From positions 5,879 to 69,878 of the IMG/VR virus record IMGVR_UViG_3300028666_000032: 64,000 nt of DNA, one strand, 5' to 3'. Below are positions 37,628-49,453 of this stretch, piece by piece. Origin of the DNA: a virus. Numbering within the stretch: the first letter of the stretch is position 1; each line of letters starts with the position of its first letter. Both the position numbers and the translations under genes were made by a program. Under the pieces are notes generated by a model. The model saw only the letters and a list, made by a program, of their open reading frames with translations. It had not been told where the DNA came from and did no database searches.

Positions 37628-38320
37628 AAAACGAACAGACACAAACGACGCCACCATGGGGGAAATGCCCACACTGCAAAACAAACATCCGCGTCAGGAA
37701 CCGGAGGTTTTATTGCCTTAAGTGTGACAAAGATCTGGGAGAAGCCAAATGAATAGAACGACGCCGGTTAGGGAATTTATGCAGTGGCTACTCCGCGAGC
37801 CATTTTGGATTTTCTACATTGCCGGTGTTGGCCTGCTTTTCCTAAACTTCGTGGGAGCATTCCGATGACATCACAAACGACACTTTCGCCGTCCGAAGAG
37901 GAAGCGTTACGCCTTTGGCAAAAACTGGCATCGGATAATTTGTTCGTGGCTGAGACGCACGACAAGCAACCCGTGAAATATTTCATCAAAGTCGTGTCCA
38001 AATGGCTGGAAGCGAGAGGATCGATATGAGCAACCCACAAACGACTGAACATGACAAAGAAGTCGGCGATGTTTTGGCTGATGCGCTCGCCGCGTTGACG
38101 AACGAAGCCATGCGCCATATCGCGAAAATCTCGAATGATAGAGTGGGCGTTATGCTCGCCGTGGCTACCCTATGCACTCACCGTTTCGAAATGGTTTATC
38201 GGACCGACTTTGCCGATGCGATGCGTGACGCAAAAAAGAAGGACGAAGCGAAGCCCCCAACCGAATACTCCGAGGCTTTGGTGGAGCAATGAGCAAAACA
38301 GATACCACGAGTGACGCAAC

Positions 38321-38911
38321 GTGATTGCCGCGCTGTTTGTCATGCCTAACGGCGCATATTTTAATCTTCCCGATGTCGATCCGTGGGACGAAAAAAGGGA
38401 TGCGCGGAAATATGACGGGCCGTATCCGGTTGTTGCTCACCCCCCATGTGCGCGGTGGTCGAGACTGGCAAAATTCTGTGAGGCGCGGCATGGACTAAAG
38501 GTTGGGGAGGATGGCGGTTGCTTCGCAGCTGCTCTAGCGGCGGTTCGTAAGTTCGGTGGCGTGATAGAGCATCCTGCGTTCTCTAAAGCGTGGGCATCGC
38601 ATGGATTGCCTAGACCGCCGACAAAGCATCACGGATGGACTGTCGGGTTAGATGGCGGGGCGTCCTGTTATATCGAGCAGGGAAGATATGGTCATGTAAT
38701 GAAGAAGGCAACTTGGCTTTACGCTTTTAGAGCTGAACTCCCTGAGCTCAAGTGGGGGTACACCCCGGACAGCGAAGGAAAGTTGGCTACCAAACGGGAT
38801 TGGCGCGGCGGTATGGACAAATGGAGAAACGCAACTGGATATAAAGTTGCTAATGCAACGCCACAAGAATTTAAGGAAGTTTTGATCGCAATGGCTAGGA
38901 GTGTAAAATGA
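38321..38911 (+). CDS. DNA methyltransferase-like protein
   Basis: DARKYDGPYPVVAHPPCARW...GGVIEHPA...KKATWLY. Confidence 0.6.
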   Translation: MIAALFVMPNGAYFNLPDVDPWDEKRDARKYDGPYPVVAHPPCARWSRLAKFCEARHGLKVGEDGGCFAAALAAVRKFGGVIEHPAFSKAWASHGLPRPPTKHHGWTVGLDGGASCYIEQGRYGHVMKKATWLYAFRAELPELKWGYTPDSEGKLATKRDWRGGMDKWRNATGYKVANATPQEFKEVLIAMARSVK

Positions 38912-41900
38912 AAGACACAACACAAACGACCCGGATAAACACATGAGGCGCGGATCATCGCAAGCAACCATCGATAGATCGCCCATCAGGACATTTTATA
39001 CGGTCGGAGGGTTCTATAAACTATACGACAATAACTTTGCATCGCAAGGTAAGACCAAATGTGACGTTTGCTGCCAGGAAGAATGGTCGGGAACTTTTTA
39101 CCACAAAGAGAAATTCAATTGCTGCAACTCGCACGCTATCTCTGCCGAAAATATCCTCGCATCCGGAGCCACATGGCAAGACGCCCTACAACTATCACTT
39201 TGCAACGGAATTTTGATGGAGATTAGCAAATGCATGAAGGCGGAATAGCTCCAATCACAGACCGTTTCAATCTTATGGATTTTACGGACTCACTAATCAA
39301 TGACCTTAAGCTTCTGCGCGAAGGTGAAATATCAATCCACGAAGCGCACGCTCGCGCCAACCTAGCAAAGCAAGTCCTCAAGTCCGTTCACTACACGATT
39401 GTGGCTCAAAAGTTTATGATCGAGCAGGCGCAGTTGGCAGAGAAGCCGGTTCAAATTGCGAAGGGAAAAAAGAAATGTCCAAAGAAACAGTAACGACCGA
39501 CCTGCTCGACCGGTTCACAGCCTTTGTGATGGGGGTCCACTTATTGCTCGTTGCCCTAATCATCGGGGTGGCCATCTGGGAGGCAGCACATGGACGATTC
39601 TAAAACCACGGTAGACAAAATCGACAAACTGCTTCGAGAAAGGGCACGCGAACTTCTGGATAGCACGCGCCTCGCAATCGAAATCGCCTTTCGCGATCCG
39701 AAGTATCAGCAGCTAGTTTGGATGGCGATAGCCGAGACAGCAGAGAAATATGCCAGAGCAGCGGAAAGGGAAGCCAATGCCAAAATCTAATTCACATCCG
39801 ACGAGGATGCCATGTTCTTTGGACTTTTAATTTTAGCTTTCTGGATAAAGGAGAGGTTCGATGTCTAAACCACAAACGACTGGACGTTCACCAACAACGA
39901 AGAAGATTGATCCGACTGTTGGCCGCGATAGCGTCATCGTTCGCCTTACGCTTCTAACTGGAGCATGTCGCCAGCCGCGTATCTCGAAGAAGCAGATCGA
40001 GGATAGTTTGCAACGCTACATCAAGGAGCTGTCCGATGGCTGATCCACATACCACGAGCCGTGACATCGACGAAGCTTGCTACGGCGGCATTATGGACGA
40101 CAAACCTAACACCACGCGACACAGCCCCGACTTGTGGGACGAAGCCTACGAAACTGTCGTGACGCTTCGCGGTAGCAGTGATGTGCCAGGGTTCTATATC
40201 TGTGTGGAAACGGAATATCAGAAATTGTTGGAGGCGAGAGATGCCCAATCAAACTGAAACGACTGCCAAGGCGCACGAGCTTGCAATGAGGATAAGCCAC
40301 TTTTGCTGTTCGTCGATACGGCACGATGAGACGATTTTGAAATCCGTCACTGAATTTATCCAAGAAGAATTGGATGCCGCTTATACGGATGGATGGAAGG
40401 CCGCTAATGGAGAAACGCGATGAGTTCACAAACGACGAGGAGAAACCAATGATCGGACATTTCTGTAAGGCGCTTCATAAGTTCATCTTCACCCGCTGGT
40501 CTAGCTGCGAGCATTGCCATGGTAAGTAAGCCAGAAACCACAAGACCTCCAATATGGCTATGGTTGCCGATCACGCTGTTCCTTCTGCTGGGTGCGTCGG
40601 TGATTTTATCTGGCTGCTTTATGTGTCCATCGATGGACGACAACTGCCCACTCTTGCGAGGCAACGGTGACTGATAATCCACAAACCACAAATTCTGATG
40701 ACTGGCTCGCTGGCTATCATCAGGCGCTTGAAGATTCAGCAACGCTAGTCGAGACCCATCTAGTCTATCCGTATTGTGCCACGAAATTGCAGCCGATCAC
40801 TAAGGGACGAGCAACTAAAGGCAACCAGCCACGCCACGTTTACGCAGAGGCAATAAGGGCAATGAAGGAGACGGGACTATGATCGATAAACCAGAAACCA
40901 CGAGCTTCACATGACGGACGACAACATCATCAAGCTTCAAAATGTGAAAGAGGTTGTTGATCCTGCGTCTTGTGCGAGGAGCGGCAAAATTATGCTCCAC
41001 TACAACATTGAGGATCACGACACGGTTGAACTTGAGGGAAGCATCACGCTGGCGGAGTGCTGCTTTCTTTACATGAAGCTTGGTCAGTATTTGAACTCAG
41101 AACTTGGAGATGAGGAATGACACATACGACCGAGACATTTGAAATCCCCGGCCTACCCGGATTATGGCGGGAGATCGAGGCTCGGTATGATTATGAGAAA
41201 GACAAAAGCCGTTGCCCGAATTGCCACGGTATCGGAATCCCTTGGGCTGGATGGTTTAGTTGCGACACCGCCTGTCACTGCAAGGCCCTGGTGGAAGATG
41301 GGCGCGCCTTTGTTCCGGTGGTGGGGCCATGACAACTAAAACGACTCGTAAGAAGAAATCGATCCCTTACGATCAAATGTCCGAAGACGAACAGGAAGAT
41401 TTTCGAAGGGAGACTTGCCGAATAGTAAAATGCGCAACCCGATTCAAATGTGATGAGGAAGACGATGAAGACTGATCCACATACCACGCCTGCCGTTGTC
41501 CGATCTCTCGACGACCTTTTCGCGGAGGCGAGGCGCTATGGACTGATCGACATTTTCGGTTCAGCCGATGGCACCTATTCAGCGAACATCACCTTCTCGA
41601 CCGTCACCAATACCAAGCTGGAGGCCAGAAGCGGACACGGCCATCCAACACCAAACATGGCCTTGCAATTCGCGATAGATGCGGCGCGTTCGATTGTCAC
41701 ATCGGTAAAGGAGCTGGCCAATGTCTGATTCACAAACGACAATTCCTTGGAAGTCAATCAGCCAATATCATGGCGGCGAAGCTCTGTTCTATTACCCAGA
41801 GGTCAAGGGAAGCCAGCACGCTTCGAACGATAGATCGGCGACATGCGACTTCGGCCTGCCGTGGAAAAACAGGAAGCCAACTTACTTCACCTACGTTTTC

Positions 41901-43354
41901 CCGCCGGAGGAAGCATGACAACTGAAACCACGAAACCGCTAGAAGAATATTCCGATGAGGCCAAAGCACTCGCTCTCGATGTCTGGAGAGCGGGGAACAG
42001 ACACGGCCCGGACGCAGAACGACAGATGGATATTTTGAAAGTGTGCGCGGAGTATTTGGAGAAGGCCAGGCGTGATGCTCACAAGGCCGGGTTCATAGAG
42101 GGATTTGCAAAATGAGTAAACCCCAAACCACACCGCGCTGCCCACACTGTGGCTACACGAAGCAGGATGCAATAATTCACGGAGATCACTGGCTTTGCAA
42201 AGGCAGGCAAGACGCTCCTTGGGAAGTCGAAGCGGCATACCAGAACTTGCAACGCGCAGCCGTGAAAAGGAACCCATTCAATGGAGCAATCTGAAACCAC
42301 AGCCTGCGGCTACTGCGGCTGCATCCACCAGACCAAATGTCCGATGGTGAAGGCTATCGAATATCATCAGGATGGCACAGTGAAGCGCGTCGAGTTTTAT
42401 TCGGCGTCGGACTACATGCAAAAGGCCGTAGTCGTTCCGGCGCATCAACCGGCGATCACCGAGACAACTTGGGGCGAGCATTGGGGGAAAAATGGCTAAT
42501 CCACAAACGACCTTTTTCAAAATAAGAGATAAGGTGCGCGATGTTACTTTCTGGATTTTGCTGCCAGTAATTCTTCCGCTAGTTCTGGTTGGGTATACCT
42601 TTGGGTATCTTTATGGATATTTTCGAGGAGCTTTTATTTTGGGGAGTGACCCGCATGCCCAATAATCCACAAACGACTGACCTGATCAACAGGCTTCGCG
42701 GTCACTATCGCACGCCGATCACCGACGGCCTTGGGCCAGCAGGCGGTGAGGAGCCGGACAACCCGCATGAGCACGTTCGGACATTTCCCGTGCCACCAAT
42801 CCATAAAGAGGCTGCCGCCGAGATCGAGCGACTGCGCAATGGCATCAAAAAGGTGCTGAATGAGGGAGTGCAGAAAACGGAAGGACCATACTCACCGAAG
42901 AACAATAAATGCAAACACGGCAGATACGGCTACGAAGGCTGCGACAATTGCACCGACGAATTTTTGGAGGAGTTGCTCAATGGATAAATCAGAAACCACG
43001 GCCTCCCGCATCGAAGAAGCGGCGGAAAACCTTCTTAACGCTATTGAGGGCAAGACCAAGAGTGAAGCCGTGACCATCATCATTGGGTATTCTCGTAAGA
43101 TTTATAGGGATGCTCGCGCGCATGAACGGGAGGACTTGCATGGCATCGCCAACCAAAACTGAAACGACCAGAGAGGATCGTCATTACGCAACCATCGGTC
43201 ACACATGGGCATACGTGCCACTGGATAACCAGCTCTATAACCCGTGGGCCAAAGAAGGGATTGAACCGCTCTATATAAGGATGGTCGGAGGCCCGAACGA
43301 TGGGCGCTGGCTCGTATTTAAGGATCAGAGAGCTTATGACAATTGGGTGCTGGC

Positions 43355-43558
43355 ATGAGTGGGAAAACAGATACGACCTGGCAGACGATGGAAACCGCGC
43401 CGAAGGACGGAACGATGGTTCTGCTTTTCAAGCAATCGTCCGGCACAAAGGGTTCGGGATATTGGGATGAGCGCGAACAATTCTGGCGCATCGGCGGCAT
43501 GTGTTATTTTAACGGTGCCTCTCATTGGGCTCCATACCCGGAGGTGCCAAATGCCTAA
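43355..43558 (+). CDS. DUF551-like protein
   Basis: WQTMETAPKDGTMVLL...SHWAPYPEVP. Confidence 0.7.
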   Translation: MSGKTDTTWQTMETAPKDGTMVLLFKQSSGTKGSGYWDEREQFWRIGGMCYFNGASHWAPYPEVPNA

Positions 43559-43859
43559 ACCAGATACGACGCTTAACAACCAACCAAAGGAGAACACCAT
43601 GAAGAAGATTGTTACCGAAGTTGAAGGCGAAGGATTGGTTAAGCTTCTCGGAGAAACCGTTACGCTGTTCTGCGCCTCATATATCTACACTGGCAAGCTT
43701 GTCGGCGTGAATGATAGCTGCGTCCTTCTCGATGACGCAAAAGTCGTTTACGAAACCGGCGCGTTTAACGAGAAGGAATGGAAAGACGCTCAAAAACTCC
43801 CCGGCTCCTGGTATATACAATTGGGAATGGTCGAGAGCTTCGGCATCTTGAAGGTGTAG
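43551..43859 (+). CDS. Sm-like fold phage protein
   Basis: LLGETVTLFCASYIYTGKLVGVNDSCVLLDDAKVVYETG; internal AAGGAG RBS and ATG at 43599. Confidence 0.55.
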   Translation: MPKPDTTLNNQPKENTMKKIVTEVEGEGLVKLLGETVTLFCASYIYTGKLVGVNDSCVLLDDAKVVYETGAFNEKEWKDAQKLPGSWYIQLGMVESFGILKV

Positions 43860-43889
43860 AAATGTACGCCATCAAAAAGAAAAAATATT

Positions 43890-44015
43890 GGTCGCGGTCG
43901 CGGTCGGGGTCGGGGTCGGGGTCGTGGTCGTGGTCGGGGTCGCGGTCGTGGTCGGGGTCGCGGTCGTGGTCGGGGTCGCGGTCGTGGTCGGGGTCGCGGT
44001 CGTGGTCGGGGTCGT
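43890..44015 (+). repeat. GGTCGN hexamer tandem repeat (21 units, 18-nt higher-order unit) within ORF 43862-44020
   Basis: Encodes SRSRSGSGSGSWSW(SGSRSW)4SGS. Confidence 0.9.
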
Positions 44016-45647
44016 TATGAAAAATCCACAAACCACACTTGACGACATCACGCTGACAAGTTTTATCGACGCGATCAAACTGGCTGTCGATGGTGGTCAT
44101 AACAATATTGCCCCTTTGGGAATGTCGGGCGCGAATATATACCTGCACCGGAAAGAGAGCCGTGCGCAGGAAGTGTCGATCCGGCTTTACTGTGGGGATG
44201 CAGAACTGTTGATTACGAACGAGAGCAAGGATTTTCTCTTTTATGGGCGCTATGACATTTCTCTTGGCGTCGATTTTGTGGCGAACGAATATTATAGAAT
44301 CTTTTACCTGCTCAAAGGCAAAATACCGAAAACGAAAGAAGACAGGGAGCCATTAAAGATTCAGGAAAATCCGGAATACTCAATCGGCTTTAAGATGTTG
44401 GATAAATATTATGGCCGATAATCCACAAACGACCGCTTGCCGCGCCTGCATGATTATCTTTTGCGTGTTCGTCGCGCCTCTGGTCATGCCATTCATCGCG
44501 CTCAACCACCTGCGCCGCAATCTCGGTAGCGCTTTGGGCTACTGGTGGCTCGACATGCGGCAAGAGGTCAATTCGTGGAGGGACGCATGGCCGAAGTGAA
44601 ACCGCAAGTTAGGAAGCGCCCGACAGGGGAGAAAGAAGTCACTCTTCGTTTTACCATTCATGGCAACATGCTTAGGTGCGACGACGCAGGAGAGATTAGC
44701 TGCAACAACTTGGCGGACGATGACATGGCCCTTACTTTTGGGGAGACGCTTGCTGGGTATCTACAGGGGTATTTCTATGACTACAAAAACTGAAACCACG
44801 ACCGTGAAGCCATTCACCGCCTTTGTAGTGGGAGTGTATTTTGCTTTGCTAACTGGAGCAGTTCTACAGACTGTTGGCCAAACGACTACGTGTAAACCGG
44901 AACCCATTACGATGTGGAATGCCGTTGAATATCTGACATGGGTATATGGCGGTGGATTTGCCGGATTTTGCATCGGGAGAAAACTATGACAACAGAAAAG
45001 ACGACCGATTACGAACGCATCCTCCAAAGTGTGTTGGGGAAATATAACAATACTATCACAGCGGAAGATGGCAGCAAGAGGTTGGAACTCGGCGATTCCG
45101 TTTATCTTGAATTTGATTCCGATGAAAACTATACGGGAGCTTATAGCTATGAATGATCCGCATACCACTCTCCCTGCCGTTAATCCAGAATTATTGAAAC
45201 TCATGCATCTGGCAAATGCGGTTTCATACACGAGGGCAGCCTATGAGTTCTCTCCTTACTCTAAAGAAGAGGCGCTGCGGCTGGCAAAGGAGGAAATGGA
45301 TGCCTATAAACGATAAAACACAAACGACTGCCAAGCTTGATCTTCAGGCGAAGAAGCACGGTGCACGCTTCCGCACGCAAGATGGCAGGATCGCTACCCT
45401 GATCGCCTTCGACCGAAGATTGAAGCGTCCTTATATTTTTCGAGTTGGAGACGAGGTGTGGACACGACGCAGAGATGGAACGCACTGCGCCACATGCGAC
45501 GGCACCGTTTACCCGGCGATTGTGAGGCAGCTATGAAACCAGAGACCACGAAACGTCTGCCCTCTTGGCGCTTTGGTATTTGCATGAAGCCCGGAAAGAT
45601 CAACTGCATGCACAAGACTGGAAAGCCTTACTACTATCCGGTGAGCC

Positions 45648-46205
45648 ATGACGACTGAAGCAATCAGCAAAAAACCTAAACTCCTAGAGGCTGGGCACGC
45701 AGACAACTTCCAAACGCCGCCTTCAGCACTCGATTGCTTACTTCCCTATCTCAGGCGTGAGTGGCGGATATGGGAGCCAGCATGCGGAAAAGGAAACTTG
45801 GTTCGCGCATTTCACGACAACGGATTCCGAGTTACGGGCACCGATATAGATAGCGGAAGCGACTACGACTTCCTAAACATCCCACTCGGCAGCGACTTTT
45901 CGCTGATGTGCGATGCCATAATCACGAACCCGCCATTTTCGGTCAAAGAGAAGTTTCTTTCGCGCTGCTATGACTGGCAAATGCCGTTCGCCCTGCTCAT
46001 GCCAATCACAACCTTCGACAGCCGGGAACGCAGGAAGCTTTTCAGCCGCCATGGTGTTCAGATCATCCTACCAAATGGCCGCATCAACTTTGAAACGCCG
46101 AACGGCAAGGGATCGTCAAGCTGGTTTTATACAGCTTGGTTCACGCACGGGCTTAACCTTCCGAAACAGCTAAACTTTCACGGTCTTGAGATGGAGCTTG
46201 TATGA
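45648..46205 (+). CDS. DNA adenine (N6) methyltransferase-like protein
   Basis: FQTPP, IWEPACGKGNL (motif I), IITNPPFS (motif IV) and RINF. Confidence 0.85.
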   Translation: MTTEAISKKPKLLEAGHADNFQTPPSALDCLLPYLRREWRIWEPACGKGNLVRAFHDNGFRVTGTDIDSGSDYDFLNIPLGSDFSLMCDAIITNPPFSVKEKFLSRCYDWQMPFALLMPITTFDSRERRKLFSRHGVQIILPNGRINFETPNGKGSSSWFYTAWFTHGLNLPKQLNFHGLEMELV

Positions 46206-48113
46206 AGGAAACACAAACTACGATTGAAAAGCTGAAAGAGATGCGCGAAGAAATGGTGCTAAAGGCCATTTCTTTGAAGCAGATTATCTCTCAACTTGAG
46301 ATCGCGAATGAAATGGCCGAATCATTAGAAAAGTGCCGGGCGCAATTTGCCTTCTATACGGCCAACCATTTGTCGGCAGGAAAGGCGGATAGGGAAAAGA
46401 CAAACTCTGAATTTGCCGAATTGTGCCTGTCGGTTTTAATAAAGTGGGAGAAAATAAATGACTGAAACTACTCTCGACGACGATCCGGTTCGCACGATGG
46501 CATACAAACGTGGCTTCAATAACGGGCTTGAGGAAGCGGCAAAGATAGTTGATGCCGTAGGCTACTCGGGTGGTCTGAAGAACTGGCAAGCGGCCCAGAT
46601 GATCCGAGACATGAAGGTCGCGCCATGAAACCAGATACCACAAAGGTTCAAGTTGAGGGGCCGGAATTGAATGAATATGCCGAGCAAACCCTCATGCAGT
46701 TCATCGAGGAGTTGACGGAACTGTTGGACAAGATTCCAGCGGCCCATAGAGATCAGGCGACAATCAGAGGTTCTGGGGAATACACCACTTACACCTACGT
46801 TGAATACGACCGCCCCGAGACTGACGAAGAAAAAGACAATCGGTTGGAGAGAGAAGCCAGGATGCGAACCGAGAATGAAAAACGGGATAGGGAGCAGCTT
46901 GCGAAGCTGAAGGCAAGATATGAAGCCTGAATCTAAAACGACGAAATGGTGGCAAGCAGCCATCGGCTATACTTCGGCAATCCTTCTATTTTGGAAACCG
47001 GAGATTTGGCGAGCGTTCATGAAGGGATTTCGCAATGGGTGATACTGGCGCACTGGTGGCAGCGTTCCTAGCCGTATTCGTGTTTGGTGCTTTTTGCGGG
47101 ATCGCAATTTTTGCCGCTGGATCAAAGTGGGGAAAGCATGACTGACGAATTACAAACGACAATCTCAGAAAGGTTTTGGCGTTGGCTCTACAAGTTTTGT
47201 GACCGGCAGATCGCAAATATTTATCTCTATCGTCAGCATGTGAATTTGAAATGCCCGAACTGCAATCAATGGTCACACAATTACGAATATCGCTTCATGT
47301 CATCGGACGGAGATTTCGACACCCTGAGATGTGGATGTTGCGGGCAAGAAACTGAATGGCGATGCGAAGGCGGATTTTGGTTCACGAAGAAGGAGTTTCT
47401 AAAACATGCAGTCTAAGGATTTACAAACGACGACCAGAACAGCTTCGGATCGGGATACGATCAAGGATACCTTGCTGGGCTGAAAGCCGTTCGGGATTTC
47501 ATGAGCGGAGATGTCGATGCCTAATTCAGATACCACGGCTAGGGCGTAATGGCAATTCTCAGAAAGCTTACTGAGGTTGAGAGGGAAGCTAAGATCGCAA
47601 GCTTGAAGCGTGAGCGTCATTATTTCTTGCAACGCTATGAGTTATCAAAAGAGAGGTGGCAGTTGATGGCTGCGCTTTCGGTTGCAATCGAGATTTTTCA
47701 TTGGAGGTTCCATGCCCGATAAAACGATAACCACGAACGTAGTCGGCTTTAAGCCAAAAGAAAAAACACATTACGTTAAAATCGCTCGTAATGGAGAAAG
47801 GTTCTGGCTGCGAGCGTTGCCCGATGGAATGAGCGGCACGAAATATGGGAAGGTTGATAACCATCTCATTGAGGCGCACCCATATAAATACGGGGACGTA
47901 ATAGAATACAAACAGGATGAGGTATTAGATGAACAGCGAACCTAAAACCACCACCATTAGCATCGAGAACGCACATCCCTCGGCCCGTCCACTTTCGTGT
48001 GCATAATGCTTGCCGGCATGATGGGTTTGGTCTTTCGCCGGGTCAGTCTTGCCTTGCCGTCCGTACTGGCGGATAATGCAATGAAGGCCACTGGGGCCTA
48101 GGGGGGGTGCGTT

Positions 48114-48563
48114 ATGCCTGAGCCAATAACGATCGGCGTCTTCGTAGTCGGTGTACTTGTCAAGATCGCCGAAGGCGGCGTAGCCGAGCTCGCCAAAAGC
48201 ACTGCAAAGCAGGCGTACGCAGCACTCAAGGGCAAGGTTGCGGAATGGGCGGGGGCCAAAGTGGAGGTGCTCGAGGCCGCGCCCGACTCTGAAAAAATTC
48301 GGCGAGAGATTGCGGAGGCAATCGATAACCGCGACGGCGCGGAGCAATCGCTGATCAGATCCCTGGCACAAGCTGTGATCGACAAGGAGTCCAGCGGCAG
48401 CGGACGCGCCATCGCCCTCGATTTTGGCGACTTGAAGAATGTTGCGGTCACCCTCAAAAAAGTAAGTGCTCAAGGCAACGCCACAGGTGCTCAATTCAGA
48501 CGGGTTGAAGGCGGCACCATCAATGTCGATGAGGCTTCTGCCGCGAGCAGCGCAAAAAAATAG
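48114..48563 (+). CDS. Bell/RHIM-associated-like small helical protein
   Basis: MPEPITIG...AKQAYAALKGKV...LEAAPDS pattern with a beta-rich G/N/V tail; ends A AAA AAA TAG. Confidence 0.5.
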   Translation: MPEPITIGVFVVGVLVKIAEGGVAELAKSTAKQAYAALKGKVAEWAGAKVEVLEAAPDSEKIRREIAEAIDNRDGAEQSLIRSLAQAVIDKESSGSGRAIALDFGDLKNVAVTLKKVSAQGNATGAQFRRVEGGTINVDEASAASSAKK

Positions 48564-48592
48564 AGACAGCAGCGATAACTGCCCGCACCGCT

Positions 48593-49441
48593 GTGCCGAA
48601 TAACGGGCCCTATTCTGATGCAGGCCGCGACAATGGCGGCCCAAGTGTGGCCGCAACTGGTGTGCTCATAAACGTAGATCAGTCAAGTTCTGCTAATAAC
48701 ACTTCCCAAGACCTAGTAATGAAGCTAATGGGGCCTTTGGCAGAGCGTGCAGGAAAGCACTTGGCAGAAGTTCTGGACCACGGCCTTGCCTCAACTGGGG
48801 CTAAGAACGTCGACTCCCATATCGAAAAGGTGAAGGAAGTCTCTGGAATCTCAGAGCCAACATTTACTCCGAAAAAAACTGAGAAACTTGCCGAGTGGGT
48901 GACCGAGGCATCTGAGGTAAATGAGCGAGAAAGCCCGGAACTGGCGGCTGCATGGCGGGCAGCACTGGCGGATATATTTAGCGGCAATGACTACGAGTTG
49001 CTAGCGATCGCAAAGAAGCTTACCAAAAGAGATATTCAGACCATGATGCGATTACATCACGGTGACGAATTGGATTTTCACGATGCTGGCGACAGGCTTG
49101 TGATGCTAGGAATTGCAAAAAGGGTGCCGTTCGGCGGACGCCCATTTAGGCTCTGGGTATTGCTTACACTTACTGTAAGTTTAGTCGCAGTCGCACCTTT
49201 TCTCGCTGAGTCAGTAGAGGCTGCGCGTCATGTGAGCGTGAGTCTCGACTCGGACACACCGATTGGCTCAATGATTCGGGCGGCCAAGAGCCTCGGCTTG
49301 GCCAGTGGAATCTGCTATGTACTCGGTTCCGTATACTATCTGTTTGCCAATGCGAGCAGGCTTTCTGGCTATCGTCTTAATTATATAGGCGATGAGGTAT
49401 ATTCCAAAATACGACCTTATCTTCCAGATGAACTGAAATGA
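48593..49441 (+). CDS. Abi-alpha/DUF4393-like domain with two C-terminal TM helices
   Basis: LAEWVTEASEV...PELAAAWRAALA...LLAIAKKLT; hydrophobic LWVLLTLTVSLVAVAPFL and LGLASGICYVLGSVYYLF; weak GTG start without an RBS. Confidence 0.45.
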   Translation: MPNNGPYSDAGRDNGGPSVAATGVLINVDQSSSANNTSQDLVMKLMGPLAERAGKHLAEVLDHGLASTGAKNVDSHIEKVKEVSGISEPTFTPKKTEKLAEWVTEASEVNERESPELAAAWRAALADIFSGNDYELLAIAKKLTKRDIQTMMRLHHGDELDFHDAGDRLVMLGIAKRVPFGGRPFRLWVLLTLTVSLVAVAPFLAESVEAARHVSVSLDSDTPIGSMIRAAKSLGLASGICYVLGSVYYLFANASRLSGYRLNYIGDEVYSKIRPYLPDELK

Positions 49442-49453
49442 TTCCGGCCGTGA

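Noticed and set aside
43765-44421. Poly-VG, poly-TP and DPDHDR ORFs across the hexamer repeat
   Set aside because: These are alternative frames of a stop-free repeat. The operon-consistent reading is 43862-44020 followed by 44017-44421.
44876-44890. Internal GQTTT match to the cassette motif
   Set aside because: It is mid-gene, has no nearby start codon and has a GG prefix; probably chance.
36204-47951. CRISPR array or classical integron explanation for the periodic motif
   Set aside because: The repeat is only 11 nt, degenerate, inside ORFs and irregularly spaced by tens to hundreds of nt. I saw no cas operon, no IntI tyrosine recombinase and no attC-like palindromes.
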